64,000 nt of DNA, taken from positions 22,630,001-22,694,000 of the forward strand of contig NC_043000.1 in NCBI RefSeq assembly GCF_006345805.1. Reading direction: 5' to 3'. The translations under genes were made by a program, and so were the position numbers. Origin of the DNA: Octopus sinensis. Taxonomy: Eukaryota. Under the pieces are notes generated by a model, which saw only the letters and a list, made by a program, of their open reading frames with translations, did not search any database and was not told the DNA's origin. Positions 13,067 to 25,450 of this stretch are shown here, piece after piece (position 1 is the first letter of the stretch; the number at the start of each line of letters is the position of its first letter).

Positions 13067-14621
13067 TGATGCTATATTCCTGGTAAGACAGCTGCAGGAG
13101 AAATACCTAGCCAAAGATAAGCCCTGTACCTGGCTTTTGTTGACTTGGAGAAAGCCTTTGACAGGGTCCCCCGGTCCCTTATCTGGTGGTCAATGAGGAA
13201 ACTAGGGATAGAAGAATGGTTGGTGAGAGCTGTGCAAGCCATGTACAGAGACGCTGCTAGTAAGGTGAGGGTGGGCAACGAGTACAGTGAAGAATTCCGG
13301 GTAGAGGTTGGGGTCCACCAGGTTCAGTCCTCAGCCCCTCCTATTTATCATAGTCCTCCAGGCAATAACGGAGGAATTCAAGACAGGTTGCCCCTGGGAG
13401 CTCCTCTATGCTGATGACCTTGCTCTAATTGCTGAGTCACTATCAGAACTGGAGGAGAAGTTCCAGGTGTGGAAACAAGGATTAGAATCGAAGGGCCTTA
13501 GAATCAACCTAGCCAAAACCAAAGTTCTAATAAGTAGGAAGGTAGATCAATCACAAATGCCTTCAGGTAGATGGCCCTGCTCGATCTGTAAAAAAGGTGT
13601 AGGTAGAAACTCTATAAGATGCACCAAGTGTAAGCTATGGACACATAGAGGTGCAGCAATGTCAAAGGAAGGCTAACTAGGAAAATAGTTTTTGTCTGTG
13701 GCAAATGCTCAGGAGCAATAAACACTGGAAATATGCAGAGACCAACTTCTGCCACGTTCCAGGGAGACAAACTAGAAGTAGTTGATAGCTTCCGCTACCT
13801 AGGAGACCAAGTCAGTAGCAGGGGTGGGTGTGCTGAAAGTGTAACTGCTAGAGTAAGAATAGCCTGGGCAAAGTTTAGAGAGCTCTTACCCCTGCTGGTG
13901 ACAAAAGGCCTCTCGCTCAGAGTAAAAGGCAGATGTATGATGCATGTGTACGTACAGCCATGCTACATGGTAGTGAAACATGGGCCGTGACTGCTGAGGA
14001 TATGCGTAAGCTCGCAAGAAATGAAGCCAGTATGCTCCGATGGATGTGTAATGTCAGTGTTCATAATCGTCAGAGTGTAAGTTCCTTGAGAGAAAAGCTG
14101 AACCTAAGAAGCGTCAGTTGTGGCGTGCAAGAGAGACGGCTGCGCTGGTATGGTCATGTGACAAGAAAGGCTGAAGATAGTTGTGTGCAAAAGTGCTACA
14201 CCCTAGCAGTGGAGGGAACCTGTGGAAGAGGTAGACCCAGGAAAACCTGGGACGAGGTGGTGAAGCACGACCTTCGAACTTTAGGTCTCACTAAGGAAAT
14301 GTCTAGAGACCGAGACCTATGGAAGTATGCTGTGCATGAGAAGACCCGGCAAGACTAGTCAGGCCATAACCCGTGGCCCCGACCTGGGACGTAGTCAGTC
14401 CTGTGCATACCTTCCTTCTTGTGACACTTATGAAGACCTGTTGAGGCAAGTGAAAATCAAATCAAATCAAAACAAATCAAAATAGATGAACATCAGTGGA
14501 ATTGTATTCTTTGTGGTACCAGTGCCGGTGGCACACAAGAAAACCACCCAAACGTGGCCGTAACCAGTACCGCATCGACTGGCCTCCGTGCTGTGGGCAC
14601 AACAAACACCATCCGATCGTG
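13067..14621 (+). mobile_element. RTE-clade LINE fragment: RT domain to ORF stop (14358) plus start of the 3'UTR
   Basis: Recovered motifs: AFVDLEKAFDRVP, GVHQGS.LSPLLF, LLYADDLAL, GLRINLAKTK, FRYLG, LHGSETW, RRLRWYGHV, GRGRPRKTW. Four 1-nt frameshifts were seen and no in-frame stops. Confidence 0.95.
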
Positions 14622-14651
14622 TCTTCAACTTTTGTTTTTTTCGTTAATTCT

Positions 14652-14731
<80 letters not shown>

Positions 14732-14905
14732 AAATAACGAAAAAACAAAAGTTGAAGACAGGTGGTGTAGAAAACAAACAGATGTATTAGTATAACACTC
14801 GGGAATTGAAAAGTCTTTAATGTTTCGAGCCTACGGTCTTCCACAGAAAGAAGCAAGAAAAGGAAAAAATATGTGTAGTGGCTACTGATCAATCATAGCG
14901 AATGA
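14622..14905. mobile_element. Penelope-like repeat with inverted ends around (TA)n
   Basis: tcttcaacttttgttttttcgtta...ccc(TA)n ggg...taacgaaaaaacaaaagttgaaga forms an inverted pair. The body matches 6564-6750. Confidence 0.5.
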
Positions 14906-14910
14906 TATAA

Positions 14911-14946
<36 letters not shown>

Positions 14947-14947
<1 letters not shown>

Positions 14948-15247
14948 GAGGCGCAATGGCCCAGTGGTTAGGTCAGCGGACTTGCGGTCGGAAGATCATG
15001 GTTCCGATTCCCAGACCGGGAATGTATGTGTTTATTGAACGAAAACACCTAAAAGCTCCTCGAGGCTCCGGCTTGGGATGGTGATGACCCCCTGTTGTAC
15101 TCTTTTGCCACAACGTTCTCTCACTCTCTCTTCCTGTTTCTGAGTAATGCTGCAATTGACTGGTGTCCCGTCCAGCTAGGGGGAACACATATGCCACAGA
15201 AATCGGGAAACTGGGCCCATGAGCCTGGCTAGGCTTGAAAAGGCCAA
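14947..15247 (+). mobile_element. tRNA-derived SINE (family D)
   Basis: GGAGGCGCAATGGCCCAGTGGTTAG...GGTTCCGATTCC head. The body is shared with 251-528. Confidence 0.75.
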
Positions 15248-15477
15248 CGTTTATCATTTTGTATATATATATATATATATATATAGCTCAAATTTACAAA
15301 AAACAAAAGATAAAGACAAGTGAAGGAACAGCAAGCAGGTGTATTACTTTAATGCTTGGGAAGAAGGGAAAAGTCTTTGACGTTTTGAGCCTATGGTCTT
15401 CGACAAAAAGGATTGAGAGAAAAAAAAAGCAGAGAGAAAAGGAATGTGGAGGGTTTAATGGTTCAACATGATGAATA

Positions 15478-18050
15478 TCATCATCATCATCATCATCATC
15501 ATTTAGCGTCCGTTTTCCATGCTAGCATGGGTTGGACGGTTCAACTGGGGTCTGGGGAGCCCGAAGGCTGCACCAGGCCAGTCAGATCTGGCAGTGTTTC
15601 TACAGCTGGATGCCCTTCCTAACGCCAACCACTCCGAGAGTGTAGTGGGTGATTTTATGTGCCACCGACACAGGTGCCAGACGAGGCTGGCGAACGGCCA
15701 CGCTCGGATGGTGTTTTTATGTGCCACCGACACAGGTGCCAGACGAGGCTGGCAGACGGCCACGCTCGGATGGTGTTTTTATGTGCCACCGACACAGGTG
15801 CCAGATGAGGCTGGCAGGTGCCAGACGAGGCTGGCAGACGGCCACGCTCGGATGGTGTTTTTATGTGCCACCGACACAGGTGCCAGATGAGGCTGGCGGA
15901 CGGCCACGATCGGATGGTGTTTGTTACGTCCCCAAAGCACGGAGGCCAGTCTATGCGGTACTGGCTACGGCCACGTTCGGATGATTTTCTTGTGTGCCAC
16001 CGGCACTGGTACCACAAAGATACAAATTCCATTTATGCTCATCTATTTTGATTTGTTTTGATTTGATTTGATTTTCACTTGCCTCAACAGGTCTTCACAA
16101 GTGTCACTTGCCTCAACAGGTCTTCACAAGTGTCACAAGAAGGAAGGTATGCACAGGTGGACTGTCTACGTCGCCGGGTCTTCGGATGGTGTCTTTATGT
16201 GCCACCGACACAGGTGCCAGATGTGGCTGGCGAACGGCCACGATCGGATGGTTTTCTTGTGTGCCACCGGTACTGGAACCACAAAGATACAAATTCCATT
16301 GATGTTCATCTATTTTGATTTGGTTTGATTTTCACTTGCCTCAACAGGTCTTCACAAGTGTCACACACTTGCCTCAACAGGTCTCCACAAGTGTCACACA
16401 CTTGCCTCTGCCTCAACAGGTCTTCACAAGTGTCACACACTTGCCTCTGCCTCAACAGGTCTTCACAAGTGTCATAAGAGGGAAGGTATGCACAGGTGGA
16501 CTGACTACGTCGCCGGGTCTTTGGATGGTGTTTTTATGTGCCAGCGACACAGGTGCCAGATGAGGCTGGCGGACGGCCACGATCGGATGGTTTTCTTGTG
16601 TGCCACCGGCACTGGTACCACAAAGATACAAATTCCATTTATGCTCATCTATTTTGATTTGTTTTGATTTGATTTGATTTTCACTTGCCTCAACAGGTCT
16701 CCACAAGTGTCACACACTTGCCTCTGCCTCAACAGGTCTTCACAAGTGTCACACACTTGCCTCTGCCTCAACAGGTCTCCACAAGTGTCACACACTTGCC
16801 TCTGCCTCAACAGGTCTTCACAAGTGTCACAAGAAGGAAGGTATGCACAGGTGGACTGTCTACGTCGCCGGGTCTTTGGATGGTGTTTTTATGTGCCACC
16901 GACACAGGTGCCAGATGAGGCTGGCAGGTGCCAGACGAGGCTGGCGAACGGCCACGATCGGATGGTTTTCTTGTGTGCCACCGGTACTGGAACCACAAAG
17001 ATACAAATTCCATTTATGCTCATCTATTTTGATTTGGTTTGATTTTCACTTGCCTCAACAGGTCTTCACAAGTGTCACACACTTGCCTCAACAGGTCTTC
17101 ACAAGTGTCACTTGCCTCAACAGGTCTTCACAAGTGTCACACACTTGCCTCAACAGGTCTTCACAAGTGTCACAAGAAGGAAGGTATGCACAGGTGGACT
17201 GTCTACGTCGCCGGGTCTTCGGATGGTGTCTTTATGTGCCACCGACACAGGTGCCAGATGAGGCTGGCAGGTGCCAGACGAGGCTGGCGAACGGCCACGA
17301 TCGGATGGTGTTTGTTACGTCCCCAAAGCACGGAGGCCAGTCTATGCGGTACTGGCTACGGCCACGTTCGGATGATTTTCTTGTGTGCCACCGGTACTGG
17401 AACCACAAAGATACAAATTCCATTGATGTTCATCTATTTTGATTTGGTTTGATTTTCACTTGCCTCAACAGGTCTCCACAAGTGTCACACACTTGCCTCA
17501 ACAGGTCTTCACAAGTGTCACTTGCCTCAACAGGTCTTCACAAGTGTCACACACTTGCCTCAACAGGTCTTCACAAGTGTCACACACTTGCCTCAACAGG
17601 TCTTCACAAGTGTCACACACTTGCCTCAACAGGTCTTCACAAGTGTCACACACTTGCCTCTGCCTCAACAGGTCTTCACAAGTGTCACACACTTGCCTCA
17701 ACAGGTCTCCACAAGTGTCACACACTTGCCTCAACAGGTCTTCACAAGTGTCACACACTTGCCTCAACAGGTCTTCACAAGTGTCACACACTTGCCTCAA
17801 CAGGTCTTCACAAGTGTCACTTGCCTCAACAGGTCTCCACAAGTGTCACACACTTGCCTCAACAGGTCTTCACAAGTGTCACACACTTGCCTCAACAGGT
17901 CTTCACAAGTGTCATAAGAGGGAAGGTATGCACAGGTGGACTGACTACGTCGCCGGGTCTTTGGATGGTGTTTTTATGTGCCAGCGACACAGGTGCCAGA
18001 TGTGGCTGGCGAACGGCCACGATCAGATGGTGTTTGTTGTGCCCACAGCA
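15478..18050 (-). repeat. Array 2: second RTE-3'UTR macrosatellite (tail copy plus 5 further units, the last truncated)
   Basis: The first ~870 bp are nearly identical to 11552-12420. Junctions at about 16182, 16521, 16876, 17219 and 17961. It ends in (TA)n. Confidence 0.9.
17458..17914. repeat. Minisatellite, 14 copies of cacttgcctcaacaggtcttcacaagtgtcaca (29/33/39-bp variants)
   Basis: Counted 14 cctcaacagg cores. Contiguous units with no spacers. Confidence 0.95.
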
Positions 18051-18052
18051 CA

Positions 18053-18085
<33 letters not shown>

Positions 18086-18393
18086 ATATAATATATATAT
18101 ATATAATATATATATGTGTGTGTGTGTGCATGCATGCATATATGAATGTATATATGTGTACTTATTCTCAAGGATATAATTCCTCTACCGAAATATGTGA
18201 TTGTTCAGCTTGAAAGAATTCCGTACAATTATCTCTTATGCATCATCTGATTTTACACACACAGACATACACACAGATACACAACATACACACTCACATG
18301 CACACACACACACAAACACACACAGACACAAACATACAGATACACACACAACACGCACACGCACACGCACGCACACACACACACACGCACACG

Positions 18394-18424
<31 letters not shown>

Positions 18425-21400
18425 CTATGAATATTAGAACATTTTGACATGCTCGTAAAGCCAGTCTCACATGTATGGAATGAAATGTTCATAATCTTCT
18501 GTCTCTTCCTTTCTTTGCAACTATTAGATTTCCCCAACCTCCAACTGTTCAAACGTGGTATTAATGGCTTCACAGTCTGACATGACAGTCTTCTTCCCAT
18601 ATTTGCTTCCTCAACCATTATCTTTAAGCAAATAGTTTTATTCTTTTCTGATTATTTTCTGAACTTTCATTCTTATCCTTATTTATTAAAACAACAACTT
18701 TACATTATTTTCGATAATCACTATCTTTATTATTAATCTACCAATTCATTGCCTTTGTGGTGACAAACTGGCAGAATTGTTAGCAAGCTGGATGAAATGC
18801 TTAGCAGTATTTTGCCTGTCATTATGCTCTGAGTTCAAATTCCATTAAGGTCTATTTTGCCTTTCATCCTTTCGGAGTCGATAAATTAAATGCCAGTGAA
18901 TCACTGGGGTCAATATAATCAACTAGTCCTCTGTTCAGAATTTTCAGGCCTTATAGTAGAAAGGATTATTATTATTTTTCATTTTTGGATTTGGTTTGCA
19001 AGATCCTTTATATGAGTTCATGTGTTGAAGCATATTCTCTTGTGTCTGGGGGAAGTCATTTTCTTTTTGTTGCAAGATGCAATGAAAATTTTAGGCAAAT
19101 AAAAATAAGGAATAAGTGGAAATTTTACCGGTGAGTGTGTTAAATTATAAGGCACAAAAAGAAAATGACTCTCCCCAGACACAACGGATTATTATTATCA
19201 TTATTATTATTGAGAGAGCAGTGCATGCCATCAAAGTGGCACGGGGTAAAATATACGAAGCCCATTATACCCATCATGACTACCCGTCTGATAAGGGTAC
19301 AGCAGGCACATGCATCACAACCATATGTGTGCAACATGGTGATCTCATATCAAGATAAACAGCACATGACCTTGCAAGTGGGACTCAGTTAGAATTTTCT
19401 TCTGGTTGAGTAGCCCATCCCACTCAAAAGGTCCCTGGATAAGGATTGCTTAAGGATGTTGAACAAAACACCCATGTTCCCAAAGGTGAATTATCCAAAC
19501 CTCTAAGAGTTCCTTTCAACACATGGCTATGAATCTCCCCCACTACTTCTGCTCACAATCAGAGATGTACATATCATCAGCCACTAAGGGAATAGTAAAG
19601 TTTATTTGCCAACAGAATGTGGCGGTCCTATAAAGGACAATGTTACTGTTCTTATTACTGCCTTCCTTTTTCATTATTTTACTCGTTTCAGTTATTGAGC
19701 TGTGCCTATTGTGCATACTGGGGCTCTGCCTTGAAGAGCTTAGCAAACTGACCCCAGGACTTACTTTTTAAGCTTGGTACTTAGTCTATTGGTCTCTTTT
19801 GCAGAACTGCTTAGTTATGAGGATATAAACATGCACAAACACTCGTTGTCAAACGGTTGGGAGGTAGACAAAAACACACACATGCATGCATGCACACACA
19901 CAAAATGGGCTTCTGCACAGTTTGTCTACCATGTTCACTCATGGCATTCATCGACCTGGGACCATAACAGGAGAAACCATATTGTTGTAAAGTGAGCTTC
20001 CTAACCACAAAGCCACACCTGCATTCATATAAATATTTGCCACAAAGATACAAACATCACAAAATAAATTTGATTACAAAAGGTTGACTAAAAGATTGAG
20101 GACAACACTGGACAATATAATGTAGGATTTATTAATTATAATAATGATAATAAATTTTTAAAAAATTTTCAGCATACAGTTTGCTTTTGAAGAATATATG
20201 AATTCTTATTTGATTTCTGAAATTATTTTATTTTTCTTAAAACAGGCTGTCAGTTTTCCAATTGTATAAAATTATTTTCCTTCCATTTTTATTTATTATA
20301 TCTGAATTATGTTATTACTTGAACATCATTATTTTAATTATCAATTTCCTCACAGCCTCTCTTCTCTGTGTTCTATGTGAAAGCAGTTTCCAGCATTGAA
20401 ACCAAAACAAAATTACTTCAAACTATCAAAACAGTCAGTCTTTCCTGGTTTCCATTTCTTTGTTAGATTTTTATTGATTCAATAAACGAATTACATTCTT
20501 CTGAAATTCTTTGGCTGTCTTAGATTGGCAATGGAATAAACTCCATATATTTAGTCCAGTGTATGGAATAGTAGTCAAACACCACTTTCATTATTGCTCT
20601 TCAGCCATATCATCATGTTTAATTAATTCTTTCATGTAAAAGGGAAATTAATTTCTGAAATTGCTATTGATAGCCAATGTAGGCGTTTTCCATTTCAGTC
20701 TTCTGAATATTTTCCATTCCTTTTCCTGTAAAGAAAAGGTTTAGTATTGACCTTGTAAATATGCAAGACTTCCCCCTCTCTTTTCAGGGGGTTAGGAGAG
20801 ATATTTACTTTGCAATTGCCCGATTGCTTGTTATTATTTTGTAAACGGATCCTTGTTAAGGACCAACATTTTATCTGTTATCAACTAACATGCCTCGGAT
20901 ATGAAGTAGAATGAATGGATGAAAGAGAGAAGTCATGCCAATATTGGACAGATTTATAGCAGCATCAGAATTCTTATTTAGCTAACGGATAATTTGAGTT
21001 CCAAGTCATTATTATGTTAAGGCAAGAGCAATGGAGTAATAAGTGAACCTTTTCTATGCAGCGGTCATGTTATAAAGGGAATAGATTAAAAGGTCCTTGG
21101 TGATCAAATGTATTTAGAGTTAAACGTAATTGATGGGATTATATGGCATGACAGCATTGCGATAATGGTCTCTGAAGGCCATGCGACTTGAAAAGAATGA
21201 TGTACAAGTGAGATTTCTTGTAATGATAAACAGATATATTTTGTACTGTATTCTTACTGCAAAAATATATAAAGTAAGAAAATATTCATTTGATATAAAT
21301 TTCTTTTACAGTGAATTTCTATGTTAATAGTATCAAAATATATTCACATCATCATCATCATGTCTACTTTTGTATTCTTGCATTGGCTGGGCAGGTTTGA

Positions 21401-22072
21401 GTCAAAAGTACATCACTCCAGTTGTCGCAAGACTCATCATCATGTGATCGGCCCTTGCCACTTCTACCTGTGTTGTCATCAGTTGTTCTTAATTGGCCAA
21501 ATTTCTTTCAAATCATGTTGTTAATATCTTAAGGAAAAGATAGTTTCACTTGACAGCGTAGTCCAAGATAGACTGTAGTGTTCTGGTAGACTATAGCTAT
21601 CTAATTCACCTATCAATGGCATACTAAAAAACGTGTGTTTCATATTATTATCTGACAAACTTGAAAATTATCTTCTAAAATTAGTTTTATGCTTAAATGA
21701 CTGCAGGTATATGTTACATATGTGTGTATACAGTTTTATGCTTAAATGACTGCAGGTATATGTTACATATGTGTGTATACACACACATACACACACACAC
21801 ATTTTAAATTAAATTACTGAGGGTAGAAATTGATTTTCATTTGCCTTGCTTATTTTTTACATTTTGGCATTTGCTGTTTTTTTTTTCTTTCTTGAGAACA
21901 CACTCTTTGTGGTAAGGCGATTTGACGTCTATTTCTAGTGTATAGGAATCCACTTTAGTGGTCTTTCCTCTTATTAATTGTATATATATATATATATTAA
22001 ATTCAACTTATGTTGGCAGTCAACAAAGTTTGTTTTCGAAGCGTTGAGATGTATTAAAAGATACAGATAAGG

Positions 22073-22272
22073 AAATAATTTTATTCTCAAATGCAAGAGA
22101 ATGCTAATGATATAGCATGGACAGGATAAACTATCCATATTTTACAGAAAAATCTGTCAGCAGCCAGCCATGAGACAGTCTCATGGCTGGCCACTGACAG
22201 ATTTTTCTGCAAAATATGAATAGTTTATCCTATATTATTAGCATTATCCTGCCTTTGAGAATAAAATTATTT
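22073..22272. repeat. Fold-back element (~95-bp arms)
   Basis: aaataattttattctcaaa...gagac-a-gtctc...tttgagaataaaattattt. Confidence 0.85.
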
Positions 22273-24000
22273 TTTTATATATATATATATAAAGGTAATT
22301 CAGAGTATTTGACAGCATGAACAAGAATGAAGAAAATCCCATCTTTAATTGATATTTACACTATGCATTATCCGCGATCATTTCTGTTGTGCCAGCATAT
22401 ATAGATTATAGAAAGAAGTTACAAAATGCTGAGTGCTTTCTAGATATCTGCTTGGATTTACTAATCCTCTTTATTTCTTGTTATATATATAGGCAGGTAT
22501 GTGAAGTAGATGTGAGATAGATATGTGGAATAATACAGCAGTGAATCAATGGCACACATTAAATGTATATCTTGAGTTAGACATTATATATAGAAGTATA
22601 TATATATATATATATATATAAATTTATATGTATAGATTTTTTTCACTCGTGGTCTCCCAGTATGGCCACAACCTTACAGCTGAAACATATAAAACATATA
22701 TGGTATTAGTTATTCGTACTGTTTCATACCAATAACCAGAGTGTACTTACCATATATTGTCATCATCATTGTCATCATCATTTGGTATCCACTTTTCCAT
22801 ACTTGCATAGGTCAGATGGTCTTTGTTGAGTCTGATTTCCTTCAGCTAAATGCCCTTTATGTTACCAATCCTTACCTGCTTTCAAGGAAGGTAAAATTCT
22901 TCTACATGGCTGGACATGTTTCCACAGAAGACGGGAAAAGAACCTGGAAAAGAACAACATTGCTTGTATGATAGTGACACTTGCTTACAACCACCATGTG
23001 ATGTCAAGACAAGGATACACACACACAAACACACAACATGATTTTTTCAGTTTCTCTGTACCAGATCCACTCACAAGGCATTGCTTGGCGTAGGGCTATA
23101 GTAGAAGACACTTGGCCAAGGTGCTGTGCAGCGGGACTGAACTTGAGACAAGCTTGTTGAGCCATCCAACTTATGTCAGCATGCAAAAAAGGATGTTAAA
23201 TGGTGGTGGTGGTGGTGGTGGTGGTGGTGGTGATGTTGATATATACTCTAATATCTGATTATTTTGGTGTAATACTTTTGATATTCTAAACCAGAGCTAA
23301 AGATTAAATCTGCTTTCTAGTTATGAGATTTATTCTTTCCCACCAAAAATCCTAACTATCAATATGTTTAATTATCATACTAAATACTGTTTAACTTCGA
23401 TTAATTTTATAAATATAAATAGTTGCAGATCATCTTAAAACCTTTTAGCATTCAGCTTATTCAATCAAATTTAATGCTTTTATCATTCACACTGTTTTTT
23501 TTTAATTAATCATGCATTATTTTGTAGCTTCAGAATTTTGATGTTGTGATTGTATATTATTAGTATGGCATTGAAGAGTAAGTGTGAAAGGTTGGATCTG
23601 GCTGGTTAGAATATAGTTAGCATATCTGCGCCAGATATGGCCTGCTTAAGTGCTAAAGGGTTAAATCATATATGTGTTACAGTCGTCACTGTTACTGACA
23701 TATATTACTGCTGTTAGCATCATGGCTGCTGTTGTCATTGTTATCATCCATCATCATCATATACAATGTCACAACTCTTATTAAACATCTCTATCATATC
23801 ACTATCACCATTATGGCCACCACTAACACTGTACTTTAATTAAGACTTGTTTTTAATCATTGATTTTCTTAAAACTAAATCCATTTTCCTTTTTGTAGTA
23901 ATCAAATAGAACTTTTGTGTTGGTCATATTTTATCATGTTTCTCTTTTTCTTTCTTTTTCTTCCATTTAATTCTATTCATTTGTATTCATTCTTTTCAAG

Positions 24001-24134
24001 GCCTTATTGACGTGCCAATCTCCAAATCCTGGAAAAATTTACTCCCACGAAGGCAACCATGTCATGCTGTCATTACAGCGAGAAGACAAATACATTCGGA
24101 ACTACAATTTTAGAATCAATGCTTCCCTTTCAAG
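24001..24134 (+). CDS. Exon encoding the C-terminal half of a CUB-like domain (ALLTCQSPNPGKIYSHEGNHVMLSLQREDKYIRNYNFRINASLF)
   Basis: Pyrimidine-rich acceptor cttttcaag| and donor AA|GTGAGT. Only one frame is open. The peptide resembles CUB strands 8-10 (lC...p..i.S.gn.m.l...F). Confidence 0.7.
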
Positions 24135-24562
24135 TGAGTTTTAAGAAGAAAAACCAACCAAAAAAAATGCTTTTTTTTGTTTATGTTTATCACTTTTGTT
24201 GTTGTTGTAATCACTTTGTGTTGTTGTTTTGAACACTAAATAATGACTGACACCTTCTCTAATTGTATTTGGCATCATTATAATCACAGTTTCTTTATCT
24301 GACCAACTCTCCTCCACCTGTCCTTTCTCTATGTTCCAAGGAAACACTCTCTCTCTCTACCTCTCTCCTCTTCTGCCTCCTCCTCCTCCTCCTTTAAGCT
24401 GTTGTTTCATTGTTCTGAAAACTACTTCTTAGTGAGTCAATCAAGCACTACCACCAGACTCACTTTGATCCCCCCCACCCCACCACTCACTTCAAGCTCA
24501 GTCTTTCTTTCTTTTAAGTTGTCATGTCTATTTCCATTTATTCACCAAAAATTCCTTCTCAG

Positions 24563-24582
24563 TCATATAATCACATGTACTG
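24563..24582 (+). CDS. Candidate 20-nt micro-exon (NHIITCT) bridging a phase mismatch
   Basis: ttccttctcag|TCATATAATCACATGTACTG|gtatga converts the phase-2 end of the exon at 24134 to the phase-1 start at 25451 with no stop. Speculative. Confidence 0.25.
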
Positions 24583-25450
24583 GTATGACTATGCTCTAAC
24601 CGAAAAAAGTTACTGGTTTAATAAACTAGTAACATGTCCAAGGTTGTTGTAGAACTGCCAACTATCAGACTGATTAATTTCAATTAATGAAAATTCCAAA
24701 GTACTTTCCCTTGTATTTTTTCGCCAGAATTAAACATTATGTCAATGAGTTTTTCTTTTCTCTCCTTTCCTTGCCTTCTTCACCATAGGTATAATTTTAA
24801 TCAATTAAAATATCTTGGCTCCCTATATCATGTGTGTTAACACTGACATCACTATCTGTTGAAGGGCTTGTCCTTGACAACTGGTCCCTTGGAGAAGGTG
24901 TATTTTGTATGTAGCAGGGACACTAAATAACTAACAGTTTTGTTAGCTTACAGAGCTGAACTGTAGTCTTTCCACAAGACTAACTTAAAGAGAAAGGGGG
25001 CTTTAACTGGCTGGTTAACCCCCAATACACTCTTTCAAGCTTAAGGTCTTCAGTAGTTACCTACTGGACGTTAAATGGTGATGATGAAACTGAAAGAAGC
25101 CTGTGAAATATATATATGCGTGTGTGTGTATGCAGACGTGTTTCTGTTTTATGATGTCCTGCAATGGTTGTAAATGAGCATCACTGTCATACAAGAGGTA
25201 TGAAATCTTCTGTGTAAACACGTCTGGCTAAGTATATATATTACCTTGACTGGAAATAGATGAGGGTTGGCAACAGGGAGAGCATCTGGCTGTAGAAAAT
25301 CTGCCTCAGCAAATTCTGTCTAAGCCATGAAGCATGGAAAAGAGGATGAAAAACGTTGTTGTTGTTGATGGTGATGATGATGAGGAGGAGGAGGAGGAGT
25401 TGAGATATCTCTTTGATATTTGATCTTTATTTTTTCTTTCTTTTCCTCAG

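Noticed and set aside
17458-17914. CRISPR-like array of ~33-bp partly palindromic repeats
   Set aside because: The repeats are contiguous with no unique spacers, no cas genes are present, and the unit derives from the RTE 3'UTR.
17439-18213. Long ORFs (246 and 254 aa) and many MPQQVFTSVT-type ORFs in the arrays
   Set aside because: They arise because the 33/39-bp units are multiples of three and lack stops. There is no domain content.
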